From Octopus sinensis (taxonomy: Eukaryota): DNA of 64,000 nt. The translations under genes and the position numbers were made by a program. Under the pieces are notes generated by a model, which ran no database searches, was not told the DNA's origin, and saw nothing but the letters and a program-made list of their open reading frames with translations. Location: contig NC_043006.1 in the NCBI RefSeq assembly GCF_006345805.1, positions 63,426,001 through 63,490,000 on the forward strand, given 5' to 3'. Of this stretch, positions 1 to 12,320 are shown piece by piece. Each line of letters opens with the position of its first letter. The stretch's first letter is position 1.

Positions 1-1494
1 AATCACAACTCTTTCAGCTACTGAGTACGTCGACATGCAGATCAGGCTAGATGCGTTCTCTCAATCCAATCTTACAGAAAAAGGCTAGAGAAGTTCACTC
101 AATGCAATCTTACAGTCAACTAATGTGGTGAGGAGCCAGTGAGGATAACATAGCAAACAGTCGACTAGTGTCCCATCTTTGTTCAGCAGTTATAAGCAGT
201 CGAAATAGCATAATGACATTTGCAAACGAAAGGCTTGGTGCTTTTGTGTGTATGTGTAAATTTATTTCTGTATTTACACTATGCTTCAGAACCCAAGCTA
301 CTTTTTCGCGAACCACCATTACTTTGAATTAAAATTTAGTGTTATCTGCACAGAATAGTAATGTACCGTTTTATCTCTATCCAACAAACGTAAAGAGATC
401 TCACTCGGTGTGATACATGATGAAATCTCACTTAATATTTTGTTTTCACAAGATATCTATTTGCTACAATTAAGTATCATTTATTTAAAGAAATCACTTA
501 GTTCACTGCTCTTTTTTCTTGATATACATACAAAGATATTTCTGTTTATGACTACAATAATTCGACAACATGTATGACTTCAAATAAATGGGTTCACATA
601 ATCAATGCGCAATTAATTACTGATCCAGATAATTAAAGCCATATTTTGGTCGAATATTCTGATAGGCTATATAAAATATTTCCATTCTGTGCGGAAACAG
701 TATTGAGTATTACTGAAAGGGTCCTTTCATTTTCGAAATAGTGTATGACACTTTTCCATTTAATTTCCTACCAAATTATGATAAATGTGATGACAGCTGT
801 ACAAATTCTCTTCCAACGTTTGGGAATTGACAGTAAGAGTATTTCTTGCAGAATGTTTTAATATACAACCATCGTCTACATAACTTTGAAAATAAAGTTC
901 CGAAGGGGAGGAGTAGACATTGCATAGTTTTAAAATAAAACTGGAAGGCCATTACTTAACATAATCGCAGATTATTGATTCCGTTACATTGTGTTCACTT
1001 GTGATTGTATGTTGGGCTGGCTTGAAAAGAAATTGTCTTAGAAGAGAAGATAACCAAATACGTGATTTATTGGTCTCTCTTCGTCACGAAGAAATCACGT
1101 TTCATACTGTTCCCAGAGGCAAAGGAAAACAAAACAAGATTGTCGATATTCAAACCACCTTGATTCTGTTTTTATATAAATAGGTGTATACATTTATATG
1201 TATGTATGTATCTATGTATCTATATGTATGTATGCATGCATGTATGCATTCATAGATGTATGCCTATGTGTGTGTACGTCCGTGTTCATGTGTGAAATAT
1301 GTGAGTCTTTGAGGTACATATATGTATGATATAGTAGTATATATATAATGAGAGTAAACACCTTTGAAAGTAAATAAAAGTATGTTTAAACTTACACACA
1401 TACACACAACTATATCGTGTGTGTGTGTGTGTGGTGTGTGTGTGTGTGTAGTAAAGGAAAGGCGGAAGATGGAACATACGAGAATTTATTATTA

Positions 1495-1600
1495 ATCACG
1501 ACACATGTTTCGACACATTTAGCATCAATCCCTCACGTGTGGGACACTTAACAACTGGTTCAGAAGCATCCGGCGGTTCAGATGTGTCTCATCGGGTGAT
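1495..1600 (-). ncRNA. Minimal type-I hammerhead ribozyme motif with long stem-II insert
   Basis: Minus strand reads atcac-CCGATGA-gacacat-[~60 nt]-atgtgtc-GAAA-C-ATGT-GTC-gtgat. Stem I is atcac/gtgat (extends with one mismatch) and stem II is 7 bp. Stem III is self-complementary (acatgtgt, with G-U wobble). The core has a U4->C change. Confidence 0.6.
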
Positions 1601-2055
1601 AAATACACACAACTCGTTAAAATAACAGTTTCGCAATGTGTATTCGTGTTTCGTAGAAAGGAATGCAGCAAAAAGGAAACGAACACGCAATACAGCGAGA
1701 AAAGTATTTTAAATAACCGTTAGCAAATATGGATGCATAAACGACCTCACGCAAACTGCATGGCGCGTGTAGACTCCCTATTAGAAGCATCCGCGAAAAT
1801 GTAAGCATACGCACACATATGGTTTCGTGCACTCACGATCACAAAGCGAGTTAAATAGATACTTGGTGTTTATAAGAATGCGGAGGTTAAAACTAAACTC
1901 AATTCATCCATACCTGAAAGTAAATTATGTTAAAAGTCACTCAAATTCATTCCCTCTGCGTTGTGCGAAAGTACAATATAAATAGATATACGCGTATAGG
2001 TATCTTGATAGTCTTTCGGAAATTCTATCAATGATCTTCTCATTGATTCAAGCTT

Positions 2056-2099
<44 letters not shown>

Positions 2100-2258
2100 A
2101 GGTGTATTATATTATTCTTATTAGATAAAGTATAAACAGAGGAAAGAGTAAATTATTAAAAAGAGAAATGATAGTGGAATTTAAATAATCAATCTATCTT
2201 GAGATTATTGTAGTTTTGTAAGAAAGAAAAGGTATATAAATGAGGAATACATAATATA

Positions 2259-2296
<38 letters not shown>

Positions 2297-2489
2297 CACA
2301 TACACATTTACGTACAAACATACCCATAGGTACATATACATATTTCATGTGTGAGAAGGGGGGATACTGTAGTAGTTGTATTTTTCTTTTATATAATTAT
2401 AATAATTATACAATTATACACAAACACACACACACACACACACATACATACATACATAATACATACATACATATATATTATGTATATAT

Positions 2490-2577
<88 letters not shown>

Positions 2578-3035
2578 ATATATATATTACATACATATAT
2601 AAAACATGCGATATGTTTTCTATTGAAGGCTTGAGAGAAAGGTCCACAATAAGGTCCACAATAAATTTCCGGGTATTAATCAAGGTACTTTATTATTTTC
2701 CATTACTTTTTGTTTATCGATTTGTTGAAATCCTGCGGGAAATGGAGAGGGGGTTATGGTCAGTCCCGTAATCTAATTGGTCATCTATTGTTTTGAAAAG
2801 CCATGACTTTGTTATGGTTGGTTGATGGATAACCGATAACATAAACAACAAATTAGGCAAAAATATATAAATATATACAAATAAAAAACAAATAATCCAA
2901 GTTTAACTATTAGTAGGAAGGATAGTAAAAGACGATAAAGAAATTCATATAGGGACTACTATATTAAATTAAGTTATGTTAAATTACGCAATAAATAAGA
3001 AAAATGTAGATAAATTTATATATATATATGTATTA

Positions 3036-3431
3036 CGTGAAGTATATTTGCCACTTAAATGTGGCTTACCCTTAAGGGTGGATGCTGCTGTAGCTTGTAG
3101 CCCCAAGACAACTCCTCCAGCTGGCTATTGACACACATTCTGTGCCCTATCAGTATTCGCAAAGGGAAGCCATCCTTCCCATCTTCAATCTGACATGATT
3201 CACACGGACTCGAGTTTCTTGGTATCGACCCGTCATCAGCGTGTGACTATCACCGATTTGCCGATGAAAAGTGAGTTCCCTTTGCAAATATATATCCTTT
3301 TTTCGAAAAAGGTGTAAACAAGCAATAATAAATCTCTGAACGATGTATAAACAGTAGCTGCACGGCATCGTGAAGTATATTTGCCACTTAAATGTGGCTA
3401 ACCCTTAAGGGGTTTAAGTGGCAAATATACT
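3036..3431 (-). mobile_element. Retrozyme/PLE pseudo-LTR-like non-coding unit: 43-bp direct repeats 333 bp apart plus a 19-bp inverted tail, containing a hammerhead
   Basis: cgtgaagtatatttgccacttaaatgtggct(t/a)acccttaaggg occurs at 3036-3078 and 3369-3411 (1 mismatch). tttaagtggcaaatatact at 3413-3431 is the reverse complement of 3374-3392. A hammerhead lies at 3200-3246. Confidence 0.6.
3200..3246 (-). ncRNA. Minimal type-I hammerhead ribozyme
   Basis: Minus strand reads tcacacg-CTGATGA-cg-ggt-cgat-acc-aa-GAAA-C-TCGA-GTC-cgtgtga. It has a perfect 7-bp stem I, canonical core boxes, palindromic stem III (actcgagt) and a GUC cleavage triplet. The base of stem II is mismatched. Confidence 0.7.
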
Positions 3432-3518
3432 AATGAGATATCTGAACGAAAGAAAGCAGGAAGCCAGATAAGTAATGTTAGTATTAGTAATAGGGCTATG
3501 GGTGGTTCTGGTAAATCC

Positions 3519-3750
3519 TGTAATTGTAGAAATCCTACATTATGTCCCCTTAACGGATTCTGCTGACTACTAGTGCTATATATAAATACGTTGTTAAAGA
3601 GGAGGGTAATTTTGGATAGGTTTTACATAGGCGGTACTGTCAGTTTAAGGCTAGGTATAGGGCCCACATGAATTAGTTTTCGAACGAAAAATATTGTAAC
3701 TCCACTACACTTGCCTCTTATATACATGGTTTAAAGAGGAATAAAAAAAA
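3519..3750 (+). pseudogene. Penelope-like GIY-YIG endonuclease remnant
   Basis: Manual translation across ~3 frameshifts: CNCRNPTLCPLNGFC/TTSAIYKYVVKEEGN/DRFYIGGTVS/FKARYRAHMN*FSNEKYCNSTTLASYIHGLKRN. This matches the PLE CxC-CPLxGxC..IY..YIG.T..FK.R..H pattern. Confidence 0.7.
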
Positions 3751-3759
3751 GTTATTCTT

Positions 3760-4500
3760 TTGAATGGTCTGTTATTTTAGAGTTAATATTAACAAGTGTA
3801 AGGGGTTTTCTTTCCATCCTTAAATCCTTTGGGCCTAAAACATTAAATAAATTTACAGAGGTGATCCCTTTTTGCAACCATAAGTTTTCTTCTACTTTTC
3901 TGAAAGTATATAGAAGTAGAATAAGATGTGGCAAATGATATTTAGTTTAACGGGATTTTGAAACCGAATACTAAACATTCCTATTATTAGCAGCCACCTG
4001 CATAGTTAGCAATGAAATAGTAATTTTTTTTTTTTTAGTGTTTTAGAAAATTTGAACTGGTCCTGTGATGGATTACTACTTTTAAATTAGCCATGTGGCG
4101 TTGTAAACGAACAATTTGTTGAGATTCTTATTCATCTTGATGAGGGGGTCATTGCCAAGATGCGGTAATGAACTCCCGAAATGGCCATAGATATGTTTGA
4201 CTTGATTTTGTGAAACTCTTTTTGCTCCTGAACTCCAATCTACCATGGTTTTTATGAATTGACTTTTTTGACATATGTTTTTGTTTGACATGTGTTTTTG
4301 TCGATTGATATTTTATTTTATTTAGATTTTTAGTCGTATGACATACTTTAGAATTTTTAGTCGATTGTATATACCTTCTTGATAGGCCGTTCTATATATC
4401 TGTATTTTTATATATGATCAAATGTTTTGGAGGCGTGGTATTAGATATAAAGTCGTCGACTTGATATTTGTTCTCTGATCAATGTTTTTCTATCTCTGTT
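3760..4500 (-). pseudogene. Possible degraded PLE ORF N-terminal region, inverted relative to the adjacent endonuclease remnant
   Basis: Fragmented frames (..NYAGG..ECLVFGFKIP.., LIREQISSRRLYI) loosely resemble PLE N-termini. No diagnostic catalytic motif is present. Confidence 0.3.
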
Positions 4501-5208
4501 TCAATTACATTTGAACACTTCTTTTTTTCAGTCTTATAAACCCTTTGATCTCCATAAAAAGAGCCAAAAATTATTTCTTCTCATATCATACATACATATA
4601 TACATATGTGATATATACATATTTATATATTATATATATATATATAGATATATATATATAATATATATATATACATATACATATATATATATATACATAT
4701 ATATATATACATATATATATATAAACATATATATATACATAACATATATATATATGATTGATTGATTGATTGATTGATTCTAGTTTCAGCTTATGAGCTG
4801 TGGCCATGCTGGGGCACCGCCATTTGGTGTTGCTACTTGGTTTCACTTCATGGAGGCTTTCTAGCAACTGCTATTTGGTGCATGAGAGAGTTGGCAGTAC
4901 TGTCATCAGCCATGTCAGCGATTTTGATCCACAATTCCATCCTAATAAACAACTACTTGAGAGAGAAAGGCTCAAAACTGTTCGTCACCCACCCCCTATA
5001 GTCGAAACCTTGACTTTTGGTTGTTCCCAAGCTGAATATGAATCCTAGGGGCAGGAGTTTTGAAGACATTTGAGAGATGAGGAGGCTGGGACAAGGACCC
5101 GGGACTTATACATGGGAGGACTTCCGTGGGGAGCATTCATGGAGTGGCTGGAGTGCTACAATAGGTGACATTGAAGTCAGAGGATTTTACTTTGAAGGAG
5201 ATTAGAGT

Positions 5209-5308
5209 NNNNNNNNNNNNNNNNNNNNNNNNNNNNNNNNNNNNNNNNNNNNNNNNNNNNNNNNNNNNNNNNNNNNNNNNNNNNNNNNNNNNNNNNNNNN
5301 NNNNNNNN
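5209..5308. other. Assembly gap (100 N)
   Basis: Run of 100 N in the sequence. Confidence 1.
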
Positions 5309-5320
5309 ATATATATATAC

Positions 5321-5354
<34 letters not shown>

Positions 5355-5401
5355 CATATATTATATATAATATATATACATTATAATATATACATATATA
5401 T

Positions 5402-5451
<50 letters not shown>

Positions 5452-5532
5452 ATATATAACATATATATAATTATATACATATGAAAAAACAAGTCAAAAA
5501 TAGAAAATGCTAAGATGATTTTATAGTGAATC

Positions 5533-5576
5533 TTTCAGTACCGGTTTCGGTCATTTTGAGACCTTTTCAACTGTAA
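5533..5576 (-). ncRNA. Degenerate minimal hammerhead motif downstream of the PLE ORF
   Basis: Minus strand reads ttacag-TTGAAAA-ggtc-tcaaaat-gacc-GAAA-C-CG-GTA-ctgaaa. Stem II is 4 bp and stem III is palindromic (accggt). The core deviates from CUGANGA at 2 positions. Confidence 0.45.
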
Positions 5577-6133
5577 CGATTAAATAATTAAATTTTGAAA
5601 AATTTAGAAAAATTAGAAGAAGATTTTTTTAAAGGAATACTTCCATAGTAGTGTTCAGATATATGTGGCATTCTGCCTTTCTCTGACTCCCTTGTTTGCA
5701 CTTGTGTATTCGAGGTCGTTGTGAGTTCTTGAGGGGGTGGGAGTGGGAAAATCTGGGCTGGTCAGTGGCGACCGGCAGTCGCTGCGTAGGCGTTATACTT
5801 TAAGACATTAGTGGGGGTAGAAGGTGGAGAAGTAGAAGAAGAAGAAGAAGAAGAAGAAGAAGAAGATGACGGTGCCGATGATGATGACGATGAAGAAGAA
5901 GAAGGAGAAGGAGAAGATGACGATGATGATGGTGGTGATGACGATGACGACGATGATGATGATAACGATGATGATGAAGAAGGAGAAGAAGAGGGAGAAG
6001 AAGAAAAAAAACAGAGAAGGGAGAATATGAATGGGTGAAGATATAGCTGTTTTGGGGCGATTAGTAATGGATTCTATGGAATGTAATATTTGTGTGTGTA
6101 TATATATTTCTTTTATTCTTAAGTTGAGCTATA

Positions 6134-7944
6134 TTAATTGTTTGTCGTAGACCCGTTAAGAAGCGGCCTGTATTTTATAATAAAGAGATTTTCTTTACTT
6201 ATTCGTTGTCTCGAGGTTGTATCGTCCCTAAATTGGTAGAGGGGGAAAATTCTGAAGTTTGGTGTTTTTTTGTTGGCGCAAGTATCTATGTGTTGGCTAA
6301 AAGCTATTTTTCTGTTTTGGGGAATTTTTATCTGGGATCTGTGCAGGGCCATTCGTTTACGCAAACCATTTTTTTTGTTTGGCCTATGTACTGCTCTTGA
6401 CACCCGGAGCAGGTTAGTGAGTATATTAGGTTCTCCGAAGCACATGTGAAGTTGCTTTTCACTGTAAACCGTTGTCCCTGTTTGAAGGAGAACTCAGAAC
6501 CCTCGATTAGATAGTCGCATATCCCGCAATTGGGTCTTCCACATTTTTTTACTGTCGGCTTCTGTGTTGAAGAGTGAATTCGGGCTTGTGTTAGAAGACT
6601 TTTCATGGATCTAGGCTGTCTTTTGCTTTTTATGATCGTGTGTGTTTGGAGGATTGTGTTCATTCTGTGGTCTTTTTTTAGGAGGGTATGTTGTGGAGGA
6701 TGGTGCCGAAGGCTTCGTTATTGAGAGGGTTGTGTGTGGAGATGTATGGTAAGGCTTTTGGTTGTAAGTTTTTCTTTGATTTGGGATGTCTCAGTTCCTT
6801 GATGTTAAGTTGAAGGGCACGTTGAATGCACTTGTCAATAAGTGAAGGTGGATAGTTCCTGGTGATAAGGGTATCTTTTAGTTCTTGTAGTCGTGTGTCC
6901 TGGTGTTTGCGTTAGAGACTATAGTGCATATCCTTTTTGCTAGATTGAAGGGGATATTCATCCTATGTGTCTGGGGTGGCATGAATTGAATGGAAGATAT
7001 TGCTTAGAGTCTGTAGGTTTATAGTATATGTCTGTTTCTATTATATTATTAGCTTTCTTAATGAGGATATCGAGGAAGGGAAGTTGTTGCTGGCTATATT
7101 CCATCGTGAATTGGATGTTTACGTCCAGCCCGTTAAAATTTCCTGGAATTCTATGAGTTTTTCTATATTTTTATGCCAAAGAATGAAACAGTCATCTAGG
7201 TATCTCTTCCAGTTGTTTTCTATGTAGATGGAGAAGGGCTGCCATATCTTTCTAGAACCTTACGATATAGACTGATCTCTAGGTATCCTATGACTAGGTT
7301 GGCAAAGGAGGGGGCCATTCGTGTACCCATCGCAGTCCCCGATTTTTGTCGGTAGAAGTTGTCATTGAAGGCGAAGTTATTTTCCAGGATGAATTTAACC
7401 CCTTCTATCACGAATTCTTTTTTGATGCGGTGTGGTAGTTCGTTGGCGTGATTCTCTAGCCAGAATTGGATTGCCTCTAGTCCTAGGTTGGGGGATATTG
7501 GAGTAGAGGTTGACTACATCGAAGGATACCAGTATGGTGTTTTGGTTTATAGTATTCGGTAGGTGATTGAGCATATCTAAGTCGTCCCTTATATAGCTTT
7601 TGACATGTTTGAGGAGTGGTTTTAACAGGGTGTCTAAAAAGTTACTGAGGCGGTGGGTTTCGCATGCGGGACCTGCTATTATGGGTCTCAATTTGAGGTC
7701 ATTAGGATTAGGGACTTTAATTATTTTGTCTGTGGCTATCTTGCAATGCGTTGCTTATTTTTTCACTTTTGTGGATCTTAGGTATACCGTAGAATTGGCT
7801 AGTTTTACTTGTGAAATTGGTCATATAATCATATTCTTTGTCGGTGAGCCCTGCTTTGTATGGGTTAATATGGATTTTAGTTCCCTCATTATTTTTGTTG
7901 ACTGTAGTTTTGTGCCTTTTCATAGTATGTTGTGTCTTCCAGCA
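6134..7944 (-). mobile_element. Penelope-like retroelement, 5'-truncated; frameshifted RT plus GIY-YIG endonuclease ORF
   Basis: Motifs in order: [10 protein letters not shown]; RPIIAGP; LVSFDVVNLYSNIP; YRQKSGTAMGTRMAPSFANL; RYLDDCFI (~7200); then CGRPNCGIC...NLIYSLTCSGCQEQYIGQT (GIY-YIG). The 5' end abuts a (TA/TACA)n tract at ~7945-8345. Confidence 0.92.
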
Positions 7945-7963
7945 TATACATATATATATATAC

Positions 7964-8008
<45 letters not shown>

Positions 8009-8092
8009 ATATATACATATATATATATACATATATATATATATACATATATATATACACATATATATACATATATATAACACAATATATAC

Positions 8093-8141
<49 letters not shown>

Positions 8142-8250
8142 CATATACATATATATAACATATACATATATACACATATATATACATATATATATACATA
8201 TACATATATATATACATATACATATATACACATACATATACATATATACA

Positions 8251-8281
<31 letters not shown>

Positions 8282-8585
8282 ATACACATACATATACATA
8301 TATACATACACATACATATATACATACATATATATATATATACATATATCAACAATTGAGGGTAAAATTAATTAATTAATCAATTAATCAGTTTCACCAA
8401 GTGTTCAGTATGTAAAAGGACCATTTAAGGCGAATTCAAAATATTACATTATATAATTAGGGCTTAGTAAAATAAATTACTTTGCCACATACTGAACTTA
8501 GTAGAATAGCAGCCAAAAAATTTTTTGTTAGCATTTCTACTACTATACATATATATATACATATACATATACATATATACATATA

Positions 8586-8618
<33 letters not shown>

Positions 8619-8619
8619 T

Positions 8620-8673
<54 letters not shown>

Positions 8674-9022
8674 AAGAGAGATTACAGCCTCGAGCTTGAA
8701 TCTAGCGCTTTCACCTGTTCTCAGTCTTCTCAAGATTTCATTGCGTAATGTTTATAAAGTTATTGTTATATACCGTTATTATTTAGGTCTCTTTAAGCAG
8801 AACTACTGTACGTTTTGTTTCGGGTAAAATATATTTTTAAAAAAGGGTTTTTCCATTTTCCATGTAAATTGAGGGGAAATTTAGTTGTTATTTATAGCAG
8901 GTTCATTGGCCACAAAAAGATACCTTGTCCTTTTGTATGTTTACTCATTTTTTTTTGCTTTTTAAGGAGAATTATTAAAGTATGAAAGATCTCATCAGAT
9001 GGAAATTAAGTAAAAACATATA

Positions 9023-9220
9023 ATCCTTTCTACTATATTCACAAGGTCTGAAATTTTCGGGGAGTGAGATAGTGTTCAACTGGTGCTTATTTCATTGACC
9101 CCGAAAGGATGAGAGGCAAACTTGACATCGGCGGTATTTGAACTCAGGACATAAAAACAGGCGAAATTCTGCTAAGCATTTTGGTAGGAATTCTAACGAT
9201 TCTGCCAGCTCGCCGCCTTA
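9023..9220 (-). mobile_element. tRNA-head SINE, family B (MetaSINE-like central domain)
   Basis: Minus strand begins taaggcggcgagctggcagaatcgttag (A box), has gagttcaaatacc (B box), then a tttgcctctcatcctttcggggtc central domain. Confidence 0.8.
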
Positions 9221-10032
9221 AAACATCATATTATAATAGGTTTGTCTGAAAGATACCGTTTTTTATTTTTCTATTTTTTATTTTTGCTGGTCTGGGATTT
9301 TTAATGTTCTTTAGGTTCTTAATGAAGGCACATCTATTTCAAAGACCACTAATGGATTTCTCTTGTGAAGAAGTAAACCACTCATAAATATAATTATTCT
9401 TCGGTAAAGTATTCTTCGGTAATGATATAAAGAGTTGCAATGATACCAGCTCTGGTATCATATAAGCTGGGAAGTTATCTCTCAGAATACAAAACGTTCT
9501 ACTAATAGGGGACATAAATAAAAAGATTAAGTGGGCTTTCAACTCTTGAGCTTCCTACACAAAATTGACCATGAGCAGAACAATATTTCTCAAGATGCAG
9601 TCCATAACTGTCAATGGAATTTTTTTATTGACACAGCAACGCTTAAATATTTTGAAAACTGAGGTCGTCTAAATTGAAAGAGTATATCATTTGGAATGAG
9701 TAGAATTCGGGATGTAATTTCATTCACTCTTTGGTATTTTTAGTGAGAATAGTGGAGTCACGAATGGATGGCCATCATATGTATGTATGTATATATATAT
9801 ATATCAAAGAGATTCACCACAAAATAGCAAAATGTATTTATATATATCAAAAGAGATTCACGACAAAATAGCAAAAATAATATTAGAAATATAAACAAAA
9901 GAAAAAAAATTGTATCAATAAATAAAAAATTATAGTATATATTAAAGTTTAAACGAATTTCTAAATTACCTTGTTTGTGTGCATGTGTGTGTGTGTCCGT
10001 GTGTTTGTGTATGCGTGCGCGCGTGTGTAGTA

Positions 10033-10205
10033 CAAGCTTCTTTATTTCATCAAATTTGCCATAAAGGCATTACATAGATAAGAGGCAAGTGCGGGCTGGA
10101 CAACAACACAAACGAAATGAATGATGAGCAAAATAATGATATTGATGAGGGAAGCAGACGGCGCCCGCCGATCGATGCTTCCCGAAAACATTGTTCTTTT
10201 TCTCT
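10033..10205 (-). mobile_element. 3'-terminal fragment of the ORF1-only (E2/E3-type) element with a residual target junction
   Basis: caagcttct-ttatttcatcaaatttgcca..., gcgggctggacaa and gggaagcaga..cccgccga..tgcttcccgaaaacattgttc match the 3' ends of E2 (24615-24730) and E3 (49455-49610). Confidence 0.75.
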
Positions 10206-10445
10206 TTTATAAATTGATGGTAACAGGACATACCGCTACACATACGAAGTAAGGAACATGGTAACATAGTCAGAAAAACTTCATATCTACGTGTACTCAT
10301 ACACACACAGACACGCTTATGAATGCTTAGGATGCGTTCATATACACATACCCCGACACTCTCTCATAAATACAACCTCTCAGTTTGTATAAGTGGCAAT
10401 AACGTTTGTATGTGTCTTAGTGTCTGTATATACCAGCAACTTTCG

Positions 10446-10525
<80 letters not shown>

Positions 10526-11060
10526 GGACAGATATTTTACACCACAGGAATTTATCGTTAGCACTTTAACATAATAGATTTTGTAAAGTTTCAACTTGAA
10601 TTCCGAATTCAATGTAGCCGTTATACAACCTTTTAATACATGTTGGCATAACTTTCAAGCTAACATTGCTAAGAATATAAAGTATAGCTGCGTATAAGAT
10701 TTTGCTGTTGTCAGTGCACAGTTTTTGGTATTATAAATAGATACTGAAATCAGAATGTAGCACTGACGATGCATTGACAGTAATTTACTGTTGTCTGGCT
10801 TTTCATTATAATTCGCAGTTCCTCAAGCAAATCGTTGATACATAAAACTTCAAACTCTCCATTGATACTAATAACACCAAATCTTTTTACTTCCTCTGAC
10901 TTCCATTCTTCGTTTCTCTCTCTATCTCTCTGTCTCTCACTCACTCTCTTGCTTTACCTGCATATCACTGTCTTTTTCTGCACCTTATTTCCATTATCTT
11001 TTTTTCATTTTCCCTCTTAATCTTGCACACATACGCACACACATACATATATATACATAT

Positions 11061-11098
<38 letters not shown>

Positions 11099-12320
11099 GA
11101 TTTCTTTCTCTCTAGTTGCTACATTTTATATCCATTATCCCATCATCATTACTTTGATCTTATTTCTTCCTTTTTTTTCATTGCCGGTTATACTATCTTT
11201 TATGATTTGATGAAGCTTTTGTCTTTGATTTCCGTTTTAGTTTTGCTTTCTTTTGTTTGTTTGTTTTTTCACTGGAAAACGGAATTCAATTTATTGCTAT
11301 TTTCCAACTCAAATAATCTTTAGTAAGTCTGTGTCCTCACACTCTACAAAAAGGTTAGAAACTGAGCAAGCATTTGTATTATTGTAACATTTGTCTGTAG
11401 TTTCGTGAGTGTCTATAATTGAAGAGGAGGAACGGATGTAATGATTACATTCTTATTGAGGTGGTCAATATCAAGAAAGTCGTGATTTTAGCGATATACT
11501 GCATCGATATAATGTATAGAAAAGTAACAGAGAAGACACGATGCGGTAACAAGTAGGAATATGAAATGAACAAAATCAGCAAGCTATAGGCTACTGAAAG
11601 AGGATCAAAAAAGATCAACACATATTCACCGCTATTATGATGGCGGCTGCCAAAATTCAGATTCTCACCGTGCCTCGTATTTCTACTTTTAATTTTCGGT
11701 TTTCTCACGTTTTTTCTTCTAAGAAAAGGTTCCATAATCGCAAATGAGCTTCCTTCTTACTACGGTTATGATTTTAATTAAATAAAAATGATTTTCGGTT
11801 CACCACATCAATTAAAGTAGCTTGATTGTTCCTCAAGCAGAGAGTAACCTTCTAGAATTTTCTTTTAAGATATTCTTTTAATTTTCTTAATCAGTAAACT
11901 TTCTGCATACACAAAACTATTTCTATTAGTCGTTTTGAGATCTTTGCAGTAAGAAAATGGACAATGCTTCATTAAAGAGGTTCAATAAGAAACAGGAAAT
12001 ATTCACTCTCCTCCATTTACTCTTTGACTAATTCAAATTTAAGAAGTTCAAACAAACAATAAGTTTCCTATATGAAAGTCATCCTTGGAAAAAGTTATCT
12101 TACTTACAAAGTAACGCAGGCGAGAAACTTCTTGGCATTAGCAAAATACGAATCACTCAAGTACTAGGGGGTCAATCTAATCAACTCTTACTATTTCTCA
12201 AAATGTGTAACCTTTATCTCATTTTAGAAATCATTATTATTGTCTAATGATATATGATAAATATAAACTTCAGAACTATGATCCGGGTTCGTTGATGATT
12301 TATATATATATATATATATA

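Noticed and set aside
4830-5208. GC-richer segment next to the gap with 75-82-aa ORFs
   Set aside because: No recognisable motif is present in any frame. It is probably a repeat fragment truncated by the gap but cannot be assigned.
5811-6038. 75-aa poly-Glu/Asp ORF
   Set aside because: It is a compound GAA/GAT/GAC trinucleotide repeat antisense to the PLE 3' region, with no splice or start context supporting a gene.
7600-8379. Long ORF-track entries rich in YI/HT/CV/LS repeats (here and at ~15000-15700, 31900-32480, 40770-41120, 58000-58970, 60250-60650)
   Set aside because: They are translations of (TA)n, (CA)n, (TACA)n and (TAGA)n microsatellites that lack stops by chance, with no protein motifs.
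11445-11735. 96-aa ORF (MEPFLRRK...) with possible splice donors as a first coding exon
   Set aside because: There is no recognisable domain and no partner exon. It cannot be supported without RNA-seq or homology search.
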